This document shows, piece after piece, positions 28,042-35,462 of a stretch of DNA of 64,000 nucleotides (positions are counted from its first letter, which is position 1; the number at the start of each line of letters is the position of its first letter). The stretch is from positions 65,092 through 129,091 of the forward strand of contig CAKSHC010000005.1 of NCBI GenBank assembly GCA_934456365.1, given 5' to 3'. A model generated the notes under the pieces. The model worked only from the letters and a program-made list of their open reading frames with translations. It was not told where the DNA came from and ran no database searches. The DNA comes from an uncultured Eubacteriales bacterium. GTDB taxonomy: Bacteria > Bacillota > Clostridia > Oscillospirales > UMGS1783. Made by a program: the position numbers and the translations under genes.

Positions 28042-29994
28042 GTGTCTCGATCCCGTTCCTCCAAGCGCGCCCTCTTGCTGAGTGCACTGGCCATGCTCGT
28101 TTGCCTGGCCATGCTTGTCGGCTCCACCTTCGCGTGGTTCACCGATTCCGCCTCCACCGGCGTCAACTGCATCGTCGCGGGCGAGCTGAAGATCGATATT
28201 GTGAACGCTGCCGGCGAGTCCATGAAAAACGGCTCCCTCAGCTGGCAGAAGGCTCAGGACCATGAAGATGAGCAGGTTCTCTGGGAGCCCAACTGCACCT
28301 ATGCTCTTGAGCCCTTCCGCATCGTCAACCTCGGCACCCTCGCCCTCAAATACCGCATTGAGATCAGCGGCTTTGAAGGCGACCGCGAGCTGCTCGACGT
28401 CATCTCCTTTGAATATACCGAAGGCAACGCTGCCTACGATCTCTCCGCCGAGCGCACCCTCAAAAAGGGCGAGCAGACCGGCCTCATCACCATGACCGGC
28501 CACATGGACGAAAACGCCGGCAATCATTATCAGGGCATGACCCTTGAAAACATCGCCATCACCGTCTATGCCACCCAGGCTCCCGTCGAGGCCGACAGCA
28601 TCGACAACACCTACGACAAAGACGCCAACGGCAATCCCGATCATCCCGATTGGAGCGTGACCGCCAACGTCACCGCTCCCGTCGTCCCGGGCGAGGATAC
28701 TCTCCTCGAAAATGCCGATCAGACCGTTTCCCTCCTCGCTCCCGCCGGCTCGACCGACGCTTCCGAGCTCACCCTTGCCGTCGAGCCCGCCAAGAGCCCG
28801 GCCGGTGTGACCGTCGCCGGCGACCAGTCGGCCAAAACCTATGAGGTCAAGCTGCTGGATGAAAACGGCAATGCCGTCACCGCGAAAGACGGCGCTCTCT
28901 TCACCGCCAAGATCTTCATCGGCAAAAACCTGACCGGCGTCCGGCTCTTCCATAAGGATGCTGCCATGCCCGCCGATTCCTTCCAGTATGATCCCGCGAC
29001 CGGCGAGATCACCTTCCAGACCGCCTCCTTCAGCCCCTATACCGCGGTCTACGATAAGGTCGTCGCCCGGATCGGCGATACCTATTACGAAACCCTCGCC
29101 GATACCATCGCCGCCGTCGAGGAAAACGGCATCATCGACCTTGTCGAAAATGCCTCCATCTGCGAGTCGTCCAGCACCGCCGTCAAAAAGGGCTTCATCC
29201 TCAACGGAAACGGTCATAAGCTCTCGGCGGATAATCAGCTCCAGCTCCTCGCCGGCAAGACCGTTTTCCGGAATGTGACCTTCACCAGCCCCCGCCCGCT
29301 CTATGTCCAGGGCGCAACCTTTGTGCTGGAGGAAACGGCTGCCATCGATTCCAAGGTCAACGGCAATGCCGCCATCTGGTTCTATGGCAACGCCAAGGGC
29401 GAGATCAACGGTAAAGTCATCGCCCCCAATGCCTATGGCGTCTGCCTCAATACCGACGCGAAATTCGATTCCGTCCCCAACACCGTCTCCCTCAAGGGAG
29501 CCACGGTCGATGCCTGGGGCCCCGCCCTCTATGTCAACGGCTCCTTCGGCGGCCATTCGGTCACAGCAGTGGATTCGACCTTTATCAGCGACGACGAGGG
29601 CATCTATATTTCCGGCACGCTCGGCCACGGTCAGACGATCTCCCTGACCGGCTGCACCGTTGAGGGCACCACCGCCATCGAGGTCAAGCACAGCGACCTC
29701 ACCGTCGCCGACTGCGCCCTCATCGCCACCGGCGATCCCACCCAGTACGCCGAAAACAACAACGGCGGCACGGCCATCGGCTATTGCCTCGCCACCACCA
29801 GCAACAGCAAAAACGGCAAGATCGAGGCGACCAGCGGCACCATCACCATTTCCAACACCACCTATTCCTCGGTCGTCCCCGGCTGCGAAGTCTTCAATTC
29901 CGCCGCCGATGCCGACGGAAGCCATGGCGCTGTCATCGAGGGCTACGATCTCTCCCGCGTCCTCTATCCCGGGAAATTGACCCCCAACGCCTGA
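28042..29994 (+). CDS. SipW-type signal peptide / TasA-camelysin-like domain protein with Ig-like ('FSPY') and beta-helix C-terminal modules (paralog A, 650 aa)
   Basis: GTG 28042 lies 8 nt after an AGAGGAG RBS. 'SKRALLLSALAMLVCLAMLVGSTFAWFTDSAST' fits the SipW-cognate signal pattern. TasA-like blocks are 'GELKIDI', 'VNLGTLALKY' and 'YQGMTLENIAITVYATQ'. The C-terminus has repetitive G/N/T-rich strands ('VSLKGATVDAWG', 'ISLTGCTVEGTT'). Confidence 0.8.
   Translation: MSRSRSSKRALLLSALAMLVCLAMLVGSTFAWFTDSASTGVNCIVAGELKIDIVNAAGESMKNGSLSWQKAQDHEDEQVLWEPNCTYALEPFRIVNLGTLALKYRIEISGFEGDRELLDVISFEYTEGNAAYDLSAERTLKKGEQTGLITMTGHMDENAGNHYQGMTLENIAITVYATQAPVEADSIDNTYDKDANGNPDHPDWSVTANVTAPVVPGEDTLLENADQTVSLLAPAGSTDASELTLAVEPAKSPAGVTVAGDQSAKTYEVKLLDENGNAVTAKDGALFTAKIFIGKNLTGVRLFHKDAAMPADSFQYDPATGEITFQTASFSPYTAVYDKVVARIGDTYYETLADTIAAVEENGIIDLVENASICESSSTAVKKGFILNGNGHKLSADNQLQLLAGKTVFRNVTFTSPRPLYVQGATFVLEETAAIDSKVNGNAAIWFYGNAKGEINGKVIAPNAYGVCLNTDAKFDSVPNTVSLKGATVDAWGPALYVNGSFGGHSVTAVDSTFISDDEGIYISGTLGHGQTISLTGCTVEGTTAIEVKHSDLTVADCALIATGDPTQYAENNNGGTAIGYCLATTSNSKNGKIEATSGTITISNTTYSSVVPGCEVFNSAADADGSHGAVIEGYDLSRVLYPGKLTPNA
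28120..28200 (+). repeat. Conserved box 1, copy A (signal-cleavage site plus mature N-terminus)
   Basis: The first 48 nt, ggctccaccttcgcgtggttcaccgattccgcctccaccggcgtcaac, have 0-2 mismatches against the copies in B, C and D. Confidence 0.9.
28561..28617 (+). repeat. Conserved box 2, copy A (end of TasA-like domain, 'TVYATQAPVEADSIDNTYD')
   Basis: 3/57 mismatches to B and 5/57 to C, with a 32-nt identical core shared with C. Confidence 0.9.
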
Positions 29995-30008
29995 GCGGAT
30001 TTCAAAAA

Positions 30009-30040
30009 AGCTCTGTCCCATCCCGGGGCAGAGCTTTTCT
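30009..30040 (+). terminator. Terminator after paralog A
   Basis: 11-bp stem agctctgtccc / ggggcagagct (one G-U pair) with loop atccc, followed by tttctttg. Confidence 0.7.
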
Positions 30041-30073
30041 TTGTCTTTTGAATAATTTTTGCATTTAAGAGCG

Positions 30074-30089
30074 TTTTTTTTTTTTTTTT
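30074..30089. repeat. T16 homopolymer
   Basis: 16 consecutive T read directly from the sequence, ending 4 nt upstream of the -35 of the paralog B promoter. Confidence 0.95.
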
Positions 30090-30093
30090 GCCC

Positions 30094-30122
30094 TTGCATT
30101 TCGAATCGAATTGTGCTATACT
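30094..30122 (+). promoter_or_regulatory. Candidate promoter of paralog B
   Basis: TTGCAT, 17-nt spacer, extended -10 TGcTATACT. Confidence 0.6.
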
Positions 30123-30158
30123 TACGCAGAATTCGAAATCCAAAAGGAGTGATCGTCT

Positions 30159-32126
30159 GTGCCTCAATCTCAATCCACCCGGCGCTCGTTTCTGATCAGC
30201 GCCCTGGCTATGTTCCTGAGCTTCCTTTTGCTCATCGGCTCCACCTTCGCGTGGTTCACCGATTCGGCCTCCACCAGCGTCAACCGCATCGTCGCGGGCG
30301 AGCTGAAGATCGATATCCAGAATGCCAAGGGCGAGTCTTTGAAAAACGGCGCCCTCAACTGGCAGAAAGCAGAAGGCCATGAAGAGGAAAAAATCCTCTG
30401 GGAGCCGAACTGCACCTATTCCCTCGAGCCCTTCCGCATCGTCAACCTCGGCTCTCTCGCCCTGAAATTCCGCATCGAAGTCACCGGCTTCACGGGTGAC
30501 AGCGACCTGCTCGACGTCATCTCCTTTGCCTATGAATCGGAAGGGGAGAGCTTCGACCTCTCCGCCGAGCGCACCCTGAAAAAAGGCGAGCAGACCGGCC
30601 TCATCACCATGACCGGCCACATGGACAAAAACGCCGGCAACTACTACCAGGGCATGACCCTCGAAAGCATCGCCATCACCGTCTATGCCGCCCAGGCCCC
30701 CGTCGAGGCCGACAGCATTGACAACACCTACGACGAGCGCGCTCTCTATCCCGTCGTGGCCGCTGCTCCCATCGAGCTGGATGAAAACAATGCCCTCGTC
30801 AAGGATACCGTCATCACCTCCGGCGCCACCGCAGACGGCTCTCCCGCCGTCAAGGTCACCATCCCCGCCGGCACCCCGATGAAAGAAAACGCCACGATGG
30901 GCAAGATCTCCATCACGGAAGATGTCACCCCCGCCAACTTCCAGGTCGACATCACCCAGATGGATCCCAGAACGCTGGATATCCACATGGAAGGCCTCTC
31001 GGAGGAAAACACTAACCTCATCCGCGTCGAGTTCTATCTTGAGCCCGGCCTGGAAATCGTCGAGTTTTACCACAACGGCCGGAAAATGGACCGCCGCACC
31101 GCCCTGAAATGGCTCAGCAACGATCAGGACTTCTTCTACGATTCCGCCACCGGCAAGGTCACCATGCTCACCTCCAGCTTCTCGCCCTTCACCTATACCG
31201 CCGATAAGTTCCAGTGGCGCAATGCCGGCCGCTATGCCGCCGAATATTCCACCCCGGTCGATACCGGGAATAAGATTCTCACCATCGCCACCCCCGAAGA
31301 GCTCGCCCTCTTCGCCCATCAGATCACAAACGGGCAGATCAGCTACGCCGATTATACCATCCGCCTTGCCGCCGATATCGATCTGGGCGCCGGCTTCTGG
31401 ACCAGCATCAACGCCGGCAGCCGCCTCAACCGCGCCACCATCGACGGCCAGGGCCATACCATCCGCAACCTCCTCGTGCGCAACTGCACCAATTCCTCCG
31501 GCTATGGCTTCGCCTTCATCGGCGACGCCGGCTCCTCCTCCCTCACCATCCGCAACCTCACCTTCGATTCCGCCAATGTCAAATACGCCAAATACGGCAG
31601 CTATATGGGCAATGTCGGCGGCGTCGTCCTCGGCTATGCCTACGGCACCACCGTCTTCGATAACGTCACCGTCCAGAATAGCCTTGTCGAAGGCTACGGC
31701 AAAATCGGCGCCCTCCTCGGCATGGGTGCCCAGCCCGGCATGAAGATCACCTTCCGCAACTGCACCTCGCAGAATAACGAGCTCAAAGCCGTCTACAACG
31801 TCGGCGGCCTCGCAGGCAATATCCAGCGCGGCCAGGGCGCGGACAACACCACCATCGAAAACGCCACCGTGAAGAACATCACCTTCACCGCCGACCCCCG
31901 TGAAACCTACGCCGATGTCAACGGAACCGCCACCCTCAAGTCCAACGACCTCCCCTCCGGTGAGGACGTGGAAAAGGCCGCTTCCGGGAAATATTGGGTC
32001 TATGGCGGCTACCTCTGGGGCGGCTTCGCCGACTACTATGTTTCCTATGGCACAGCCTCCTACGATGCGCCCGTCACCGGCTCGGAAATGCTTCTTGCAA
32101 ACTCCGAACTTGTGATCAATCGCTGA
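30159..32126 (+). CDS. SipW-type signal / TasA-like domain protein with Ig-like ('FSPF') and GLUG-type beta-helix modules (paralog B, 655 aa)
   Basis: GTG start after an AAAGGAG RBS. The N-domain is about 80% identical to A. The C-module opens with 'ILTIATPEELALFAHQITNG...IRLAADIDLGAGFWTSI...ATIDGQGHTIRNL' and has repeats 'VGGVVLGY', 'IGALLGM' and 'VGGLAGNI'. Confidence 0.8.
   Translation: MPQSQSTRRSFLISALAMFLSFLLLIGSTFAWFTDSASTSVNRIVAGELKIDIQNAKGESLKNGALNWQKAEGHEEEKILWEPNCTYSLEPFRIVNLGSLALKFRIEVTGFTGDSDLLDVISFAYESEGESFDLSAERTLKKGEQTGLITMTGHMDKNAGNYYQGMTLESIAITVYAAQAPVEADSIDNTYDERALYPVVAAAPIELDENNALVKDTVITSGATADGSPAVKVTIPAGTPMKENATMGKISITEDVTPANFQVDITQMDPRTLDIHMEGLSEENTNLIRVEFYLEPGLEIVEFYHNGRKMDRRTALKWLSNDQDFFYDSATGKVTMLTSSFSPFTYTADKFQWRNAGRYAAEYSTPVDTGNKILTIATPEELALFAHQITNGQISYADYTIRLAADIDLGAGFWTSINAGSRLNRATIDGQGHTIRNLLVRNCTNSSGYGFAFIGDAGSSSLTIRNLTFDSANVKYAKYGSYMGNVGGVVLGYAYGTTVFDNVTVQNSLVEGYGKIGALLGMGAQPGMKITFRNCTSQNNELKAVYNVGGLAGNIQRGQGADNTTIENATVKNITFTADPRETYADVNGTATLKSNDLPSGEDVEKAASGKYWVYGGYLWGGFADYYVSYGTASYDAPVTGSEMLLANSELVINR
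30237..30317 (+). repeat. Conserved box 1, copy B
   Basis: 2/48 mismatches to copy A in the core. The following 33 nt (IVAGELKIDI) are also near-identical to A. Confidence 0.9.
30678..30734 (+). repeat. Conserved box 2, copy B
   Basis: accgtctatgccgcccaggcccccgtcgaggccgacagcattgacaacacctacgac. Confidence 0.9.
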
Positions 32127-32132
32127 AAAAGC

Positions 32133-32158
32133 GGACGCGCCGGAAATCCGGCGCGTCC
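32133..32158 (+). terminator. Terminator-like hairpin after paralog B
   Basis: Perfect 11-bp GC-rich stem ggacgcgccgg / ccggcgcgtcc with loop aaat. The T-tract is weak and interrupted (cttcccgtattttt). Confidence 0.55.
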
Positions 32159-32204
32159 CTTCCCGTATTTTTGCAGATTCGCAGGAAATTCCCTGGGTTT
32201 TTGC

Positions 32205-32233
32205 TTGCATCCGCGCCTTTGCGGTGCTATAAT
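32205..32233 (+). promoter_or_regulatory. Candidate promoter of the paralog C-D operon
   Basis: TTGCAT, 17-nt spacer, extended -10 TGcTATAAT. It has the same -35 hexamer and layout as the paralog B promoter. Confidence 0.6.
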
Positions 32234-32259
32234 CAATCCGTAAAAAAGGAGGAATTTTT

Positions 32260-34020
32260 ATGACAAAAGCAAAATCCTCAAAGCGCGCTCTCTTGCTGAG
32301 CGCCCTGGCCATGCTCGTGTGCCTCGCCCTCTTCGTCGGCTCCACCTTCGCGTGGTTCACCGATTCCGCCTCCACCGGCGTCAACAGCATCGTCGCCGGC
32401 AGGCTGGAGGTCTCCCTTCTCAATGCCGCCGACACCGCCCCGCTGGGCGACGAGCCCCTGCGCTGGGTCGCCGCGGATAACCGCGAAACCGAAATCCTCT
32501 GGGAACCGGGCTGCACCTATTCCCTCGAAGGCTTCCGCATCCAAAACAGCGCCAGCCTCGCCCTCAAGTATAAGATCGCCATCACCGGCCTCGTGGGCGA
32601 TTCCGAGCTTCTCGATGTGCTTTCCTTCTCGGTCGAAGGCCTGACCGGCGCCGAATCTGCCGCCGCTCTCGATGGCTTTGTCGGAACCCTCCTTCCCGGA
32701 GAAACCACCGACCCCATCGTCATCACCGGCCATATGGATAAAAACGCCGGGAACCGCTATCAAGGTATGACCATTGAGGGGATCAACATCACTGTCTACG
32801 CCACCCAGGCTCCCGTCGAGGCCGACAGCATTGACAACAACTACGACGAGAACGCCGACGGAACCCCCGATACCCCCGATTGGAGCAATCATGTTACCGT
32901 CACCGCTCCCGTCGCGCAGGAAGGGGACACGGTGCTGACCGATAATCCCGATAACCCCACCATCACCGTCACCGTCCCGCAGGATTCGACCGGTGCCGAA
33001 AGCCTCACCCTTGTAAAAAAGCTGGTGGAAACCCCCGCTTCCTTCACTGCGGCGGCCGATGCCTCTCCGATCTGCTATGAGATCAGCCTCGTCGATCAGG
33101 ACGGCAATGCCGTCACCGCGCAAAACGGCTTCTTCAAAATCGGGCTCCGGCTCCCGTCGGACATCGCGCTGACCGGCTTCTATCACCGGAACGAGGCGTT
33201 CACCAAAGTCACCTCGCTTTCTAAGCTGACGGCAGTGGATCAGTATTATTTCCATGCCTCCAAGGGCCTTCTCACCTTCACCACCGACGACTTCTCTCCC
33301 TTCACTGCCACCTATCGCTTCGGCGGCGGCAAGGGCACAGCGGCTTCCCCCTATCGCATCACCTCCGCAAAGCAGCTGCGCGGGATGGAAAAGGTCGGCG
33401 GAACCTACCGTCTGGATGCCGACATCGTCCTGGACGATGAGCTCACCCTTTCGGGCAAAACCTGGACTCTCGACCTCAACGGTCATTCTCTTTCTCTCGC
33501 GTACGGCGAGGGCGTAAGGCCCGTCTTCTATGGAACCATCTCGCTGGGGATTAAAGGAAACCTGACGATCCGGGATTCCAGCGCCGATCAGACCGGTCAG
33601 GTCTTCGGTCCCGATCTCAATTCGAGCGAGTATGCCCCCTGCGCCGTCCGCTGCGTCGGCACCAATAAGCTCAATATCTACGGCGGCCGCTTCCTCAGTC
33701 GCGGCGAGGGCAATTCCTGCATCTTCCTCAGCACAGGGTATGGCCCCAGCCGCGCCGCCATCGTTCATATCTACGGAGGTCTTTTTGAGTCGGAATCTCC
33801 CTCCAACGGGACCTACTACGTGCTCAATCATCAGGATTCGAACACCACCGGCTGCAAGATCTACGTTCATGCCGGCACCTTCGTCAACTACAACCCGGGC
33901 GTGACCAAGGTGGATCCGGACAATGCCCGTACCGGCAAGATCCTTCTGGCCGACGGCAGCTCCACAGCCGCTCAGGAGCAGGAAAACGGCGATATCTGGT
34001 ATATCGTTTCGGCAAAATAA
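32260..34020 (+). CDS. SipW-type signal / TasA-like domain protein with Ig-like ('FSPF') and solenoid modules (paralog C, 586 aa)
   Basis: ATG after an AAAAAGGAGG RBS. 'SKRALLLSALAMLVCLALFVGSTFAWFTDSAST'. The C-module contains 'SPYRITSAKQLRGM...YRLDADIVL' and then three 'I-x-(I/V)-x-GG-x-F'-type strands. Confidence 0.8.
   Translation: MTKAKSSKRALLLSALAMLVCLALFVGSTFAWFTDSASTGVNSIVAGRLEVSLLNAADTAPLGDEPLRWVAADNRETEILWEPGCTYSLEGFRIQNSASLALKYKIAITGLVGDSELLDVLSFSVEGLTGAESAAALDGFVGTLLPGETTDPIVITGHMDKNAGNRYQGMTIEGINITVYATQAPVEADSIDNNYDENADGTPDTPDWSNHVTVTAPVAQEGDTVLTDNPDNPTITVTVPQDSTGAESLTLVKKLVETPASFTAAADASPICYEISLVDQDGNAVTAQNGFFKIGLRLPSDIALTGFYHRNEAFTKVTSLSKLTAVDQYYFHASKGLLTFTTDDFSPFTATYRFGGGKGTAASPYRITSAKQLRGMEKVGGTYRLDADIVLDDELTLSGKTWTLDLNGHSLSLAYGEGVRPVFYGTISLGIKGNLTIRDSSADQTGQVFGPDLNSSEYAPCAVRCVGTNKLNIYGGRFLSRGEGNSCIFLSTGYGPSRAAIVHIYGGLFESESPSNGTYYVLNHQDSNTTGCKIYVHAGTFVNYNPGVTKVDPDNARTGKILLADGSSTAAQEQENGDIWYIVSAK
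32338..32400 (+). repeat. Conserved box 1, copy C
   Basis: 0/48 mismatches to copy A in the core. Confidence 0.9.
32791..32847 (+). repeat. Conserved box 2, copy C
   Basis: actgtctacgccacccaggctcccgtcgaggccgacagcattgacaacaactacgac. Confidence 0.9.
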
Positions 34021-34032
34021 AGGAGGCGCAAA

Positions 34033-35355
34033 ATGAGCAGTAAAAAAACAAGGCGCTCTCTTCTGACCAGCCTTTTGGCGCTGGCGCTCTGCCTCGTCCT
34101 CTTTGTCGGCTCCACCTTTGCGTGGTTCACCGATTCCGCCTCCACCAGCGTCAACCGCATCGTCGCGGGCGAGCTGAAGGTCGACCTTCTCCTCTATCGC
34201 AACGGAGCCTATTCCTCCATTAAGAACGAAGACGGCGCCCTCTTCGGCGGGAAAAATTCCCTCGTCGCGCAAAACGACCCGGCCGATACCCTCTGGGAGC
34301 CCGGGAAAACTCAGATCGTCTTCCTCGCCGTGAAAAACCTCGGCAGCCTGGCGCTGAAATATCAGCTTCTGATCGACACGCAGGACCTCGGCCTGTGCGG
34401 CGCGCTTGAGTATGCCGTGATGACCGGAGCCGGCCCCGAAAACGTCAACGCCGCCGAAATGCGCTGGAGCGAATACGAAGAAGCCGCCGACCAAACCGGC
34501 TTTCTCCCCGCCGGGCGCACTCTGGCCGCCTCCGGCGACCTCTTTGAGGCCGACGAGAGCGATCGGATCGCCCTCATCCTCCACATGGATGAAAACGCCG
34601 GCAGCGCCTATCAGGGGAAATCCGTCGAGCTGGATGTCTCGGTCGTCGCCACGCAGGCCGTCCATGAGGCCGACAGCATCAACAACAGCTACGACGAACG
34701 CGCCCTTTTCCCGGCCCTGACCGCCGCCTCGCTGAAAGAGGCTCTCGCCTCCGGCGGCGCCATCACGCTCGGGAAAAACATTAGCCTTCCCTTATCCGGT
34801 GAGGGCGACGGCGTTGTTGAGCAGATGAACGTTTCGAAGGATACCACCCTCGATCTTTCCGGCAAAACGCTCGCGATCGATCTCGATTCCTTCGAGGGCG
34901 AGCTCTCCTATGTCCCCACGATCATGACCGTCCACGGAGCCACCCTCACCGTCGAAGGCAACGGCGTCCTCAACGCCGAAGGCGGCTACAACACGGTCTA
35001 TGGCATCAACGTGATGGACGGCGGTAAGGTCATCATCAACAGCGGCACCTTCTATGGCGCCATGTCGGCCGTCCAGGTGCAAAATGGCGAGCTGGAAATC
35101 AACGGCGGCTTCTTCGATCTGGCCCCCACCATCAAGGCCGCCGCGCCCGTGTATGCGAAGTATCTCATCAATGCCATCGACCAGTCCTTCCGCGACGGCA
35201 CGGCAAAGATTCAGATCAAAGGCGGCACCTTTGTCAACTTCAACCCGGCCGACCATCCCGAAGCCGGAGAAACCACCTATGTGGCCGCCGGCTACCACGT
35301 TGTCTCCGAACCTCAGTCCAACGGCGATACCTGGTATACCGTCGTGGCGGATTGA
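34033..35355 (+). CDS. SipW-type signal / TasA-like domain protein fused directly to a solenoid module (paralog D, 440 aa)
   Basis: ATG lies 7 nt after an AGGAGG RBS and 12 nt after the stop of C. 'LALALCLVLFVGSTFAWFTDSAST'. The TasA-like domain is longer (insertions) and there is no FSPF module. The C-terminus has 'IINSGTF', 'LEINGGFF', 'IQIKGGTFVNFNP' and 'GDTWYTV'. Confidence 0.8.
   Translation: MSSKKTRRSLLTSLLALALCLVLFVGSTFAWFTDSASTSVNRIVAGELKVDLLLYRNGAYSSIKNEDGALFGGKNSLVAQNDPADTLWEPGKTQIVFLAVKNLGSLALKYQLLIDTQDLGLCGALEYAVMTGAGPENVNAAEMRWSEYEEAADQTGFLPAGRTLAASGDLFEADESDRIALILHMDENAGSAYQGKSVELDVSVVATQAVHEADSINNSYDERALFPALTAASLKEALASGGAITLGKNISLPLSGEGDGVVEQMNVSKDTTLDLSGKTLAIDLDSFEGELSYVPTIMTVHGATLTVEGNGVLNAEGGYNTVYGINVMDGGKVIINSGTFYGAMSAVQVQNGELEINGGFFDLAPTIKAAAPVYAKYLINAIDQSFRDGTAKIQIKGGTFVNFNPADHPEAGETTYVAAGYHVVSEPQSNGDTWYTVVAD
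34108..34185 (+). repeat. Conserved box 1, copy D
   Basis: 2/48 mismatches to copy A in the core. Confidence 0.9.
34642..34695 (+). repeat. Conserved box 2, copy D (more diverged)
   Basis: Encodes 'VVATQAVHEADSINNSYD'; the core gaggccgacagcat is retained. Confidence 0.7.
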
Positions 35356-35373
35356 TCCAACCACCCAATCAAA

Positions 35374-35412
35374 ACGGTGCAGCTCGTGCGAGCTGCGCCG
35401 TTTTCTTCGCTT
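35374..35412 (+). terminator. Terminator after paralog D
   Basis: 13-bp stem aacggtgcagctc / gagctgcgccgtt (one G-U pair), followed by ttcttcgctttt. Confidence 0.7.
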
Positions 35413-35462
35413 TTCCAAAGGCGCGGCGAGCTCTTTTTTTGCAAGAAAAGCCGCGGCAAGGT

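Noticed and set aside
32212-32225. A 14-mer, cgcgcctttgcggt, shared by the promoter spacer of paralog C and that of trmO (38255-38268).
   Set aside because: In 64 kb of GC-rich sequence several identical 14-mers are expected by chance. The offsets to the -10 differ by 2 nt, and there is no third copy at the A or B promoters.
29964-32516. An 850-aa minus-strand ORF, with similar long antisense ORFs at 28021-30099, 32278-34665, 13942-15924, 43884-46457, 7714-9111 and 36672-38729.
   Set aside because: These lie exactly antisense to well-supported + strand genes. Their translations are low-complexity (G/A/D/E/V/R-rich) with no RBS or recognisable motifs. This is the usual stop-codon-poor shadow frame of GC3-rich coding sequence.
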